Positions 11,151-24,556 of a stretch of 32,348 nt of DNA are shown here, piece after piece; the first letter of the stretch is position 1; every line of letters starts with the position of its first letter. The DNA is taken from NCBI GenBank assembly GCA_001642005.1, contig LWCA01000320.1, positions 1-32,348 on the forward strand. Reading direction: 5' to 3'. Made by a program: the position numbers and the translations under genes. This stretch comes from Intoshia linei (Eukaryota; Animalia; Orthonectida). The notes below the pieces were generated by a model. The model saw nothing but the letters and a program-made list of their open reading frames with translations. It ran no database searches and was not told where the DNA came from.

Positions 11151-12277
11151 CATCGTGTATGAATCTGCGTGTAAATCTGTCTCTAAAATCAATATTATAT
11201 AATTTCATTTTATTGAATTTTGAATCATGATTCATAAATCTTAAAGTTTTCTAAAAAACACCTTTATTCTAATAATTAGGGAATATTGTCATCAATAAGT
11301 TATACCCTTCAACTGGTGGACTCTATTTGATATTTGATTCTACAATAAACATTTGCTAAAAAATTGTGATAAATGTTCAATTAAACGTCTTGTTAAATTA
11401 GGTTTCTCAAACTCAATTAATCCAGATAATATTTTGATGTGTAAGGTCTGTGAATTTTGTATCAATGTGACATTCAAACATTTAGCATAAAATGACTTGT
11501 TCAACAGTATCATTGAAAATGATGTTAAACAAGTTATTTTGAGATTTATTGGATGAGACATAAAAATGTAAATCATTAAATGTTTGTTTAATACTATAGT
11601 CAAAAATTAAACCAATAAAATCAATTATAATGAATGATATGCGTGAGATTAAATTATATAATATTGGTAATTTTTCCGTTTAATACAGAAACTAGTCAAT
11701 TTTAATGAATGTCTTTATCAACGACATATTAGTTGATAAAATGTCTGATTATGTTAGTGATCTAACAGTTTGTTACGCCTACTATTGACATAGTATTTTT
11801 AAATATCAATAAAATAAACTAGCTCTGTATTGTTAAAATGAAGCCATTATGTTTAATCTACGTATTTAGGATTTACTGGCTCATGGAGGTTGTGTCTAAA
11901 TTTAGTTTCGGCCTTAATGTCAAATAATTTGTAATTTACAGCTTGTTAGTTTGTGTAAAGCAAATTAAAATAAATATATCATTTATCAAATGTGAATATG
12001 TATAGCAATGTATAATAAATCAAATATTGACTTTCTACCATTAATTTAAATTAAATTAAATTTTAATTGCACGGTGGAATTATGCAAAGTAAACGTATGT
12101 ATTTATAAATTATGTTATTAATATTTTTATAATTTATACTGATTTGATAAACATATTTTTCATGAAATTTTTATTTAATTTTAATGGATTTTAGTGATTA
12201 ATTAATGGTTAATAATTTACAATGTATTCATTTTATATAAGGGTTTTTTGAATTTTCAAACATGATAAATCAGAAAT

Positions 12278-15200
12278 ATGGAAAATAACAATAACTGTTA
12301 ATTTTGTTATATACAATACGTGTATTTAGTAAATACTATTTACCCTTAATGAAATGTTTAAATTCATACATTAAATCTTGACTAATTCATATTTAATTAT
12401 TAATTTTTTTAAACAATAAAATTTTAGTTAAAAATAAGTGTTAATAAAAGCTGAAAGGGAAAATGCAAGTTATTATTAATCAGTTTAATCATTATTAGAT
12501 ACAAATTTTGGTGAATAACTGTTATATTAAAATTTTAAGTTTTTTGATAATTTAATTTATATATACATGTAGTTGAGCCAATAAAAGTGGACCCCAAGAT
12601 TGAGAAAACAGTAAATACGGCTCTAGGTAATTTTTTTTAAATCTTAAAACAATATATCATTTATACCGTTTTATTTTCAGTTATTATGTAACTGATATAG
12701 AAAATTAAATTATATAGATATTTTAATAACTGTTACTACATTTGACATCATCATCTTGTTTAATCATACATGTCAATATTATAATAAATTTTAATAAATT
12801 ACTGAATATATATTTAAATTTATTTTAATTTGATTTATGAACGTGTTATATGATTTATGAACGATTCAAAAAAGTTTTGTTATATTCATTTGTTTAAATT
12901 ACAAAATAGACATAATATACTACAGAGTAGTAATGAGATAGTATCAGTAGATGTTTCTATTCTTAATTTTCATAAAAAATTTTTTACTAATAATTAATAA
13001 TTATCATTTTTCCTAAATAGTGGGAAGATTGCGTAAAGAATAAATGTGAAATTGTCAAAAGCTGCTGATTGGAATATTTCTGAAATAAAATTTTTTAACA
13101 TTTATTTTAAACTAGCTTGACTGTTATGTACTTAGAAAAAACAGCACCTAAGTCTGTCGAGGGCTACTTTTTAATTTATAAAATAATAAGTGTATGACCT
13201 TAAAAACAATCAAATTATAGTTACAACCCTATAAAATCGTCATAAAAAACATGAATCTCAGAATAAATTTGAAATGCCTGTAGTACATAGTTTTTTTCTT
13301 CTATCATGCATTTCAGATGAAAGTGCTTATGATTTTAAAATTTATCCCAGACTTTATGTTTTATAAAATTTTATTAAAAGTGTTAAATGTATGCTTCATT
13401 TTTAAAACAAAGGGTAATTTCCGTTTTTGAGGTTGAGTTTTACGACCATGTTAATGGTTTTACAACGCGTCCCAGAATTTATGTATCTTATACACTCTGT
13501 TTTTTAAACTATTCAAATAGTATAGTATTATAATATTTAAACTATTTTCTTTTTAGCTATTTGAATTCCCACACTTCAAAACTTAAAAACTGTTTTTTAA
13601 GATATAAATGTGAAGTATTTTTTAATAAATTGGGGTCCTCTTTTTAAGATATAAATTTAAAGTACTTTTATTAATTTGGGGGCCTTTTTAATGAATTGCC
13701 CTGGGCTACAACCCATATTGCTTATGCCTTAAAACGGCTCTGAATGTGAATGATAAATACTTTTAAATTTTTTAAATTATGTAGCATTAATTTAGATTAT
13801 GATTTTATTCATCAAATGTTATAGTTTTATCTAAAATAATATTTTATTTTATTTTTAAATAAGGTAGTTCCGTGACTTTTTCATTTTTCAACGTCCATAC
13901 CATTATTTTATTATTATCCATTTATCTTACTATTAAATAATTTCTTCATAATATCTAATTACACCAATTCTGAATCTCGCTATCTATATTTTGAAAACAT
14001 TATTTTATTGACTGGGAGTGTAGATGAAAAAATTGTAGACAACAATTAATAGTATTATATACAATGAAACATCCGCTATTCGCCAAAATCGAGAATTTGA
14101 AATTTTTGGTGAATAATAAAATATAGTTTCTATGAAACCGCTAACCAATTTACTATACTGTTGCTCAACCCTTTTTCCATTGGACGCACTTGGAAGTAAT
14201 TAAAAAAATTTGCCAACAAGAAAATAAAAAAATAGTAAAAATATTATATTTACCCGGTGCTAACCGAAAATCTTTACTAAATTATAAGATTTTGTAAGGA
14301 AAAGCTGCCCATTTAAAAAAAGTTTTTCGGATAACAAAAAAAATTGAGTTAACTGACCTTCTCTGAAATGTTGTGTAGTTAATTTTCAATTTTAGGATTT
14401 CCACACATACCATTTGATGGAGAGTAAGGGATCAAGGCGCGAATTTTTTTTGTGTTTATTTTGAAAAATTATTGACTAATAGTGGAAACTGGTTAATAAG
14501 GGAGATTTTTTATGGAAATCATAAGAACTAGAGTTTTTTGAAAGAATAACGGAATCAACGAATAGTAGAGGCTTCAATATATAATTAATGAATTTATATC
14601 ATCATGTATGGTTTATATTTTAAGAATTTTTTCTTAATTTTGCCAAATTATCTATTATGACAAAATTTTATGTTGCCCCAGCATTGACGAAAAGAAGAGA
14701 AAATAGTTCACATCAGAAAATCAGATATGCGTAACTATTTTTGACAATTTTTGACAATTTTTACGATATTTAAAGTGAAGAAATACATTTTTAAAGTTAA
14801 TTTTCTTTTTATCTCCCCATTTATATGGTTTCCTTTTTCAGTAACTTGAAAATTCGGAATCTCGTTATATTTTTTGAATTATCAAGAATAGCGAGGTTTA
14901 GAAAGAATACTAGATATCACATTGTAAATGTAAATTATTTGTAATTTAAAAATTATCACATCTTAAAACTATAATGATTAAATATACGAACGACTAATGT
15001 AATAAATGACCATTACGCCAAAATGATAAATTTCAAAATGATGAATAAATAGTTTTATTACCTGTTTTTTGTTTCACAATATTTAAAATTGTAAATAGAA
15101 TTAATTATTCAACATACTTCATACTAATATATTAGTATTACCATCGTCTTGAAATTTTGATAATTTTTGAAATACTATTATTATGATGTAATTATCATGT

Positions 15201-18200
15201 TAATTATTCATTTGTAACTGAAATATGTTTAAACTTTACTAATCTTATTTTGATAATGCGTGTGAGCGTTCAATTTGATTATTGACAGATCAAAGAGCAC
15301 AACCTCAATTAACTCTTCAAGTTTGATGTATTCAAAAACTATACTTACTTTGTTTTTTATATAATATGTCATTGATTTGATATATTACACTCGTAATTGT
15401 GCCGCTATTTTTGAAAAAGTAACGTTATAAAATCGCCTCAAGCTTGCCAAATAGACCATATCATGAAATGTTAAAATTAAAAATAAAAGTATAAAACATT
15501 ATAAAAAAGTAAACAATTTGAAGAGACAATAATATAATAAAATGTACATAAATCTACATGAATGTATATAAATTACAATAAATTTTTAATTTAGAAAATT
15601 GTTGCATTTGTAATGAAAAAATTTGTGATTTTTACATAATGGTTAGCCACGAAGGTTTCAAATTTCACGCCAATTGTTTAAAGTGTTGTGAATGCAATTG
15701 TCAATTTGACAATAATTCTAAATGCTTTTTGAACTATAATTCCGTCTATTGTGTGAAACATTATAAAAAGTATAAAAAGTGTATAATGCAACACGCTAAT
15801 TCATTCTATATTTAGATTGAAATCAACCAATTTTTGTTTAAATTGTTTAAAAAATTTTTCATCACCAGATGAGTTTGTTGTATGTATAAAAGGAAGATTG
15901 TTCCACAAAAATTGCTTCAATTGTAGAATTTGTAAAATATTATTAAATAGTGGTGATGAATTTACTATAAATTCAAAGGGAAATATTTTGTGTCATAATC
16001 ATTCACATTTGTTTGATGAAGAAAAAATTGGTTACATTCAGGATAATAGATCACATAGTGAAGGTAAATTTTTATTAAAATTTAAATATATTCATAAAGA
16101 AAAGTATCATACATTTGAAAGAACGAGTTCACTGAGTCGAAATTCAGATGTTCCAAAATGTGAACCTCATTTTAAGAGTAAAAGCAAATTTGATTCTCTT
16201 TTTGATTCAAAAGCTCCCGATCTTTTGAATAAATCTTTAACCAATACTTTCATTTCTGATTCAATTGTGGATAATGATACGGAATATGATCAAACAAAAA
16301 TTGATAAAAAAATTTTAAAAAAATCTAAGTCTGAAAAAACTACTCGCGTTAGAACAGTTTTAAATGAAAAACAATTGCAAATGTTACGATCTTGTTATAT
16401 TACCAACCCTAGACCAGATGCACTTGTCAAGGAACAGTTGGTTGAAATGACTGGTTTAACATCCAGGGTTATTCGTGTTTGGTTTCAGGTAAATTATTAT
16501 ATTTTTTCATTTAGCAATTTAAAAATTTTTAAAATTTCAAGATTTTTGATTATATGTAGTCTTAGAATAAAAGATGTAAGGATAAAAAACAATGCATCAT
16601 AATGAAACAAATACAAGAACAGCATATACAGGTTATTATTTATATCTGAATATGTAATATTTTCAAATTTAAAAGTTAGATAAAAATGTACTGATTTTCT
16701 GAGTATATTGGAGATTTATGTATAAAGGCTTAAAATTAAAAAAATGAGTGTTCTATTAAGCAAAAAACTATTGATGGGCAGTTCTATACAATAATATTTT
16801 TGGGTCCAGAAAAAATTTACAATTTTTACTATTTTTGTTAATTTGACATTTATACCAGTTTTGAACTTTGTTTTTTATCAATTTATTACATAATTATCAT
16901 TATAGAATATGAATTTGAATCTATCCACTCTGTGAAAGTTTTTCATGTTTATCGTGTTTTTGAAATAAGTATGCACAATAAGAATGTAAATAATACATAA
17001 AAATATATAAAGTATGCTTCTACAATAGAATTCTGCAGAATTTAGGCCCATGTATGGGTCTACGAAATAACTGATGAAAAATAATACATCCTTTACTCCT
17101 ATACTGTTAGTAAAAATGGTTGGATTTAAGTAGATACAATTAAAATTTAACTTAAATTAATAAAAACTGAAAATACCTCTTTTATATTTTTTAATGTATT
17201 TAAAATCGCGACCGTTTCGACATTTAGAAAGACTGACTTTCACAACACTAAAACTGAAATTACTAATTGTTAAAATAAAAAATACAAATTTTCAAATTAT
17301 TATACAAATTTCATATCAAATTGTAAGAATATTAGATTGCTTTTTATTTTACGAAGGATAAGTAGGGACATTGGGAGTACATATCAATGTATTGGTATTG
17401 CCTAATGGAGATACTAATATAGTGACTATTATGTGAAATATCTCAACTCGGAATATCTAAGTTTTTTATAATGAACCCTGGGGTCCACAGAAAAATTTTA
17501 GGGAAACCTGGAAAAGTAAGATTTTATAAAAGTATTTTTTTTATAGTCAAATAATATTTTAAAATAATAAATATGAAAAAAAGTTGTAATTTATCTCAAA
17601 TATGGAACTTCCATATTTTATTGTAATTTTGAAGAATTACTAAAATCGCAATATAACTTGTTACATTAATAACGTAATTGAATTTAATCTTGTATATGAT
17701 TGATTGAAGCATTATAAACAATTTAGTGTCATTATTTGATAATTATTGACAGTAATATTTGATACATTCGTTTGTGTAGATTTTTACTAAACCTTTTTGT
17801 ATTATACATATTTACAATTATCCTCTAATTCAGTGATTGTTAAACATAAAACTTCAGACTCTAATTTCACCGACAATGTTTCGCGGACTACCTTAAAATA
17901 TTTCTAAATTACAACTATACTAGAATTTAGTACACTACACCTTTGATAAAGGCAAATGTGAAGATATCCATTTCTGAGATTAAATTTCAAATTTTAAATT
18001 TACATTTTTGAATTATCAGTCAAAAATTGAAACATGGATGTGATATTTATAAAATTTTTATTCATTTTAACGGTTTGAAATAAATCACGACTTCTAAAAT
18101 TAGTTGACAGAATATTAATTTGCGTTTTTAATTACAAAGAGGCAAGTTTTTGAGGTTGACTTTTCGAATAAAACACTCTGTGGTAAAAAGTAATATGTAA

Positions 18201-21126
18201 TATAATTTTTGATTTTCAAAATTTCTAGAAAAATTAGTTTTGAAATAACTAGGAAAATAGACTTACAACTTTATATTATTGAAAGATAATAACAATACAT
18301 TTTGATCATAATGTTAGTATCATTTATTCATTAATAAAACAACACATTTGACGGAGCACTGCAAAATTATATCTAATTTTAAAAATACTGCTCTAATTTG
18401 CCGTTATTTTTTTGAAAAAATGTATTGAATTAATAGGGGGGACCAAAGTATAAAAAATTTAAAAATAAAATTTAATATTGATATACCGTGTCTATGGTTA
18501 TTATATAATTATATAATAGATACCTCCAAGACATAAATAAATAATGCATGAATTATTTATATATTCAAAAAATAAATTCAAAAACATTATTTTATGTAAA
18601 ATGTATATCATTAAAGACATTACTATTAATATAATTATTAATATGCCCGAAATTATCATTAAAAAATGTATAAAACTCTGTATTTATCTGTATGTCGGTC
18701 TGTCTGTTAATAACCAAGAGTCTTAGAATTTTGAAAATTCCATATTTCTATTATAGTTTTTACGGGGCGTGAAAGTAAGATAAATTTCAACAAAATTCCA
18801 AAATTCACATCTTACGAGTCAAAAACCCCAATTTTCCTTTTTTTTTGAAAATCAAACCCGTCCTAGAATTATAAAAAATTCACAATCTGGTCAAGATTTT
18901 AACATCATCAACATTATAATAATTGTCAATTTCAAAATCTTTAATTTTCACGGCCAAAACACCAAATTACTCTTTTTTGTAAAATTAAAAAAAGCCCTAG
19001 AATTGTATACAACATAAATTCTGAGATAATTTTTAAAATCATAATCATTATCATAAAGTCAAACCTCGAAAAAGTTTATTTTCACCATGAAATCCCCAGA
19101 TTACCCTTTTTTGAAAAAACTAAAGCAGCCCTAGAATTTAAAAAAAATTATAGATGATACGGTTATATTCAGTTACACGCAAAAAATTCAATCTGACAAA
19201 GTGACGCCTTCATGGTCAAAAAAGCAGTTATTATTATTTTTTTGGTAAAATTAAAAATGTCCGCCCTCGGCAAGCTAGGTGCTCTTTGTACAAAGTACAA
19301 AACAGTCAAGCTAGTCATTTTATAAATTTTAAATTTTTTTCATTGTTTCCATTCTACTTTTATTTATTTATGTCGAAACTTTATGGATATTTTCGATATT
19401 TAGCAGATATTAATCTGTACATGTGTATAATTCGTATAATGGAAATTAAAATACAATGTATAATGCAATTGCGTTGTGGTAGTGAGTTCAATAATTATAT
19501 TTATATTTAAACTTTATACGCACAATATATCCAGATATGCCAGATATATAGCACCATATACATTAAATACTGAATATCAATTTAAGAATAAAAAGGAATT
19601 AATTTATAATTCGGTCAATTGAAAATTCATATTAATAATTTAATAAAATTATACTTTCAAAACTACAATAATTCGCAACGGGTGATATGTCGCCGATGGG
19701 TGTAAAATATACTCCATATTAAAATGAATATAATAATAATTAATAAAATGATTAAATTTTTTTAAATCTGTACCGACGGCCGCCGCGTACTTAAACTCGC
19801 CATGATATTGATTTTTCAAAATTTAGTTAAAAAGGATAATTGACTTACGTTAATATTTTTAATATATGTTAAACTTGAAATGATAATGAAATCAAGGAAA
19901 AAATGATTATACGTTATAAATTGACTTTAAATAATTTATTTAATTTAAATATTTGATTAACTATATTATGTGTAATGATAATGTATTACATTTCATTTAG
20001 CTTTGGGGAAAATTAAATTTTTACATTTTATCATTTATTTACATTTATTGCTAATAAATTTCTAAATTTCTAAATTTATTCATATTTATTGTTATATATT
20101 ATATTATATTTTGTTATAAAAACAACATTTAAAATTTTTAATTTGATTAAATGTGCTATATTCTGGGTGCATCCGGAAGTATCAGATGGTTTGTAATTTC
20201 AGTTCATCAGAACAATTATGTTTTCTAGTTAAAACTATACATTGTGTACACTGTACAAGGCATTTTTATTTTTGTTAAAATTTAAAATTTAGGAGTCCCA
20301 GAATATGCCAAATTGTAAAAACTCTATAAATTCAATGTCAATGATTGCAGATAAACCAATATCATCAGAATTATTATATTCGCAAAAATCATATGAAATT
20401 GAAAAATGTTTTTTAAAAAATCCTATATCTCAATTAAACTACCCATCAAGCAACACCTCATTGGAATACCAAAAAAACAACCCATACAACTACCAATTAA
20501 ATTATGCAGATTACGGAAAAAATTATTTAATGTATAAACCGCACACAAACTCAAATAATAAAAAATTACAATATTGTTCTAAAAATATAATGATCAATGA
20601 AAATGAAAAATTTTTATATAAAAATAATTCAAAGATTATGAATACACCCTTTAATGATAAACCAGATACATCTCAATCCAATTTAACATTTCAAAATCGA
20701 AATTGTAACCTTTTTAACCAAAAAGAACCTTTCTTATCAAATAATCAGATTCAAGATAATCATTGTGACGATTTTGTACATAAAGATACAAATTATGTAA
20801 TTAAATTTATTTTTATTACACACACATGTAATCAAAAATGTTTATATGGAATTTTTTTTATTATTATACATTTCTATAAATAGTTGTCTATTATTAGATT
20901 TACACTGATTATTTCTAATAATAATATTGTATTTATATATTTATTATAATTATCAATTTAGCCATTCAATTCTGGACAAAATGTTAAATTTTTTAATTCT
21001 TTCAATAATACACCACTTGTCAATTTTTCCAATAAAGAAAATTTTTCGTCAAATATACCAGAAAAATATCCGTTAAATAGGAATCATTTATCAATTCAAT
21101 CGACAAACCATTTATCTCAGAGTTAG
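12278..21126 (+). CDS. isl: Islet-class LIM-homeobox transcription factor. Exons 12278-12296 (tentative), 12573-12626, 15595-15769, 15816-16063, 16100-16488, 16566-16631, 20293-20796, 20962-21126; about 539 aa
   Basis: LIM1 (CCIC..HANC..CCEC..CVKH), LIM2 (CLNC..HKNC..CRIC..CHNH) and the Islet-type homeodomain [51 protein letters not shown]|NKRCKDKK. Splice sites are phase-compatible. The core (15595-16631) is high confidence; the 5' micro-exons and the distal 3' exons rest on splice-phase fit. Confidence 0.88.
13112..13275 (-). mobile_element. Helitron 3' end, second subfamily, in an Islet intron
   Basis: ACTAGCTTGACTGTTATGTAC..AACAGCACCTAAGTCTGTCGAGGGC is the reverse complement of the family 3' end. 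Confidence 0.65.
17831..18390. mobile_element. hAT (Charlie/Buster-type) MITE in an Islet intron
   Basis: Ends CAGTGATTGTTAAA / TTTAAAAATACTG with a perfect 8-bp TSD CTCTAATT. Confidence 0.7.
18640..19314 (+). mobile_element. Near full-length diverged non-autonomous Helitron
   Basis: Contains the family body (GTCTTAGAATTT..CACATCTTACG..GCAGCCCTAGAATTT) and the 3' end GCCCTCGGCAAGCTAGGTGCT..CAGTCAAGCTAG|T, which links the 5' and 3' fragments into one family. The 5' boundary is approximate. Confidence 0.72.
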
Positions 21127-22221
21127 TGTTTGATTATCAAAAAATAAATTAATATCTTGTTAATTAGTTTAATGTGTTTATTAAATCATATTTGTGTAAA
21201 AACCATGAAAATTTGGTGGAAAATATGTGAAATGTATAAAATTTTTAGTTAAAACATTTTATCACTTAAAAAAAATAGGAATTTCAGAATTTTAATATTT
21301 TTATAAAAATAATGTATTTTAATATGATTTTAATATTTTTACAAAATTTTTTTGGAAGTTTCATTACATTTCTTTATATTAATTTATATTTAGATATAAA
21401 ATAAATAGATATTATACCATTTTAAACACTCATAAACACTTGAAATTTGGAAATGTACTTTTTAATACAAAATATCCTACCACGTGACCTCTCATATGTC
21501 AATTTGTAACTGAGTAATTTTATTAATAATCAATAAATCAATGTTTCATTTTATGTATCAATTTGTATGTTTCCGCTCGTTAAATTTCCGTTAAAAATTA
21601 AATATCACATTAAATACATTTCAAAAAATATTTTAAATTAATTAAAAAATATACTGATTATATTATGATTTTGTTTATATTCAAAAAATGATCTATTATA
21701 TGAATTCTACTATATTATAATTTTAATTTTTTTCATTTTACCTTAAGTAATATTCATATAATTAGAACTATATAAATCGATAGATTTATTATGTTATCCA
21801 CAGTATTTTAATTAAATGCCAATACTATTCGAGTACTATCAACTTAACTATAATCAATTTTCATTATAAATATAAAATATGCCAATAAATCAAACAACAA
21901 TTACTTTTATACCTATTGTATATATATCGATTTTTTAATTTCGATATCAATTAATATATTATGTATGTTTTAATAAATGGTTGGAATTTGTTTATTTTTG
22001 TATAACTGAAAATTCATGTAAATGTATATTGTACAATTTTAATGTTTTATTTTTTTAAAAAATGTATTCTAAAACATTAATATAATTGTAAAATAATTAT
22101 ATTTATAATTTAAATATTTAAATAGGATAAGGGATCCTTATTAAGGTTATATTAGAATACATAGGATATACATTTACAGGTTATAAAGTTGAAATAATCA
22201 TGTAATTATTATAATCTAGTT

Positions 22222-22654
22222 TAGATGTGGGGAACCATTTACTATTGGATAGACGAACTAAAGTCCCTTAAAACTGTCATAGGGCCGCACCATTCTAAAT
22301 AAAATTTAATCAAATAAATCAGTGATTATCGAGGGGGTAACTGATTCCCAAGGGGTGAATACGAAAATTTTAGATGATTGGGGATTTAATGATACATCTT
22401 TAGCATATTTTATTCAATTTAGTAAAATCTTATAAGATAAAACCAAAATTTTAAAAACCCTTAAGGAAAAAATCATTCCACCTAATCCTAAATGAAAAAA
22501 CCTAATTTTATCAACCCTTAATGAAAAAAACCGCTTTTACCAATATTTTTCTGAAAAATCCCATTTTATCAAAAAATAATGATAATCATACATAAATAAT
22601 TTTAAATGAAACATAATTTAAATTTTTCAGAAGTCCGCACTTTCCCCACCTCTG
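22222..22654. mobile_element. hAT MITE
   Basis: TAGATGTGGGGAA / TTCCCCACCTCTG ends; 8-bp TSD ATCTAGTT/ATCTAATT. Confidence 0.68.
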
Positions 22655-22730
22655 ATCTAATTACTAGATCAGGGGTTCTCAACCTTATTTCTAACATGGT
22701 TTCATTTTTACAATAAAAATCTTTTATGAT

Positions 22731-23064
22731 CAGGAGTGTCAGACTCAATTTGCTTGACGGGCCAAATCTGATTAAAAATTATTACGTGGCCCGCACAAAA
22801 AAAAATCTTTACTCGAACCATTATTAAACTAGCAGTTCTAATTAATTAATATTATTTTTATTTAATAAATTAAATAATGAACTAATAAGAAGCAATAACA
22901 ATGGTATGTGTATGTAATAATATAACTAATGTTAAATTGTAATCATAAATAAATAAATCATGAAAAATATATATAAAAAACTGTACAAAAAGATTATGTT
23001 TAAAATTTTTTGATATAACAATAAAAATTTATATTATAACACGGGCCGCATAATTGATACCCTT
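22731..23064. mobile_element. hAT (Charlie/Buster-type) MITE, just downstream of another hAT end starting at 22670
   Basis: CAGGAGTGTCAGACTCAATTTGCTTGACGGGCC ... CGGGCCGCATAATTGATACCC; flanks TTTATGAT/TTAATGAT; same ends as 937-987. Confidence 0.7.
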
Positions 23065-23709
23065 TTAATGATATCCATGGGCACAAATTGTTTCTCATTG
23101 AAATTTATTTTTTATTAGTATAAAAAAGGGGGCATTGGTATTTGACCCTGAAGGACTCAATTTTTGAAAATGAAAACTGTATTAGAATGTGGCTTTTTAA
23201 ATTCTGAGACTGTTAATTTTTTAAGTAACGTTCTAAGACAATTTTTTATTTTTAAATTCTTGGACAATTAATTACATCAATTTTTACATTTTGTGTTAAT
23301 GAAATAATTGCTCAAAAAAAGGGTAAATAGTAAATTACTTTTTTGAATATGAACTTAAATTGTATTAAATTTTTGTATATTTATATTTAAAACAAAGAAA
23401 ATAAAGGTAAATTTGACTAGAAGAAGAGACTTAAAAACAAAAAAAACTAATAATTTTTAAATTTCTGGGAGTATTAGTTTTTTTATAAGTAATTTGTTGT
23501 TTTAACTATGGAAATATATAAGTTTTTTAAATTGATTTGTGGTTTTTGATACAATTTCAATGAAATTATTTGTACTATTATTTTAATCATTTTAATTACA
23601 TTTTAATACAGATTTAAAAAAGTAAATTTAAATAAAATTGTCATTTTTTAATACAATGGTTACAGATAAAACTAAACACATTTTTGCATACATATGTATG
23701 AGTATTAGG

Positions 23710-24556
23710 TAGTGATTGTGATTTCCCGGGTCCCGGGAATTTTTCGGAAAAAATAAAAATTTTTTATTCATATATAATATAGCAGCATTAAAAATTTTAG
23801 AAACAAAAAAAAATTTAATTAATGAAATAACACGAATCTAGATTAAAATTTACAAATTTAATAAGAAAAAAATTTATTTATTTTAGATTGTTGAAAAAGT
23901 GTTTCAAAACACATAATATTGATAGATTCGTTTTTGAAACGCGTTCTACGTTTTGTAACGAAATTAGAAGCAGTAGAGAAATTTCTTTCACTTTGTGTTG
24001 ACGTTGGTTGAACGGACATAAGGGCTTTAATTAATTTTAACAATCTTGATGATAGCGTTTCAGTTCGTAACAACTCATAATATTTGTCAAAATAATATTG
24101 GAAAAAAAGGATAATTCCCTTAAGCGTTAGTAATTTGTTGTTGGAATAAGAGGTTTTTAAAATATTGGTTAAAGTATTGGAAAAAGGATGTATTTCCATT
24201 AAAGGCTAGAAAATAAGATTTTTTATTTGTAATTAGATATAGTGAATTTTTTTCATAAGATTTCGTAAAATCAAATTTTTGAAAAGAATATCGGTGTAAA
24301 TCAATTTTTCCATGAAAGCTTAAAATGGTATTTTTCATTAAATTTTATTAGTGGTGGGATTTTTGAAATGGTAAATTTTAAATATTATAATATAATTTCA
24401 TAGTAATAACAAACACAAATCAAATACAGTTATGTCTCAATTTTTATCAGGAAATCCCGGGAAATCGTAAAAATCCCGGGAAATTTAATTTAATTCCCAA
24501 AAATTATTAAATATCCCGAGAATTTTGTTCCGGTTTTTTTCCCGGCACAATCACTA
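23710..24556 (-). mobile_element. Internally deleted hAT (Ac/hobo-type) element with dimerisation-domain remnant at about 23880-24060
   Basis: TIR TAGTGATTGTG / CACAATCACTA with CCCGGG subterminal motifs. The minus-strand peptide ALMSVQPTSTQSERNFSTASNFVTKRRTRFKNESINIMCF is a hAT C-terminal motif. Confidence 0.82.

Noticed and set aside
11340-11603. 87-aa minus-strand ORF upstream of Islet
   Set aside because: No recognisable motif, and I could not link it to other exons by splice sites.
13970-14903. Possible decayed pogo-like element (short inverted repeat ATCTCGCTAT/ATAGCGAGGT, faint TSK..PMEKG motif)
   Set aside because: Too degenerate to define ends, TSD or frame with confidence.
17029-17460. 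Exon-like GC-richer patches in the long Islet intron
   Set aside because: The phase-0 acceptors tested near 17030-17045 lead to stops within about 13 codons; the 20293 exon fits better.
21068-21081. 14-bp match (TCCGTTAAATAGGA) between the last Islet exon and the TIR of the protease element
   Set aside because: Short, AT-rich, no terminal CTG|TA and no partner end; probably chance.
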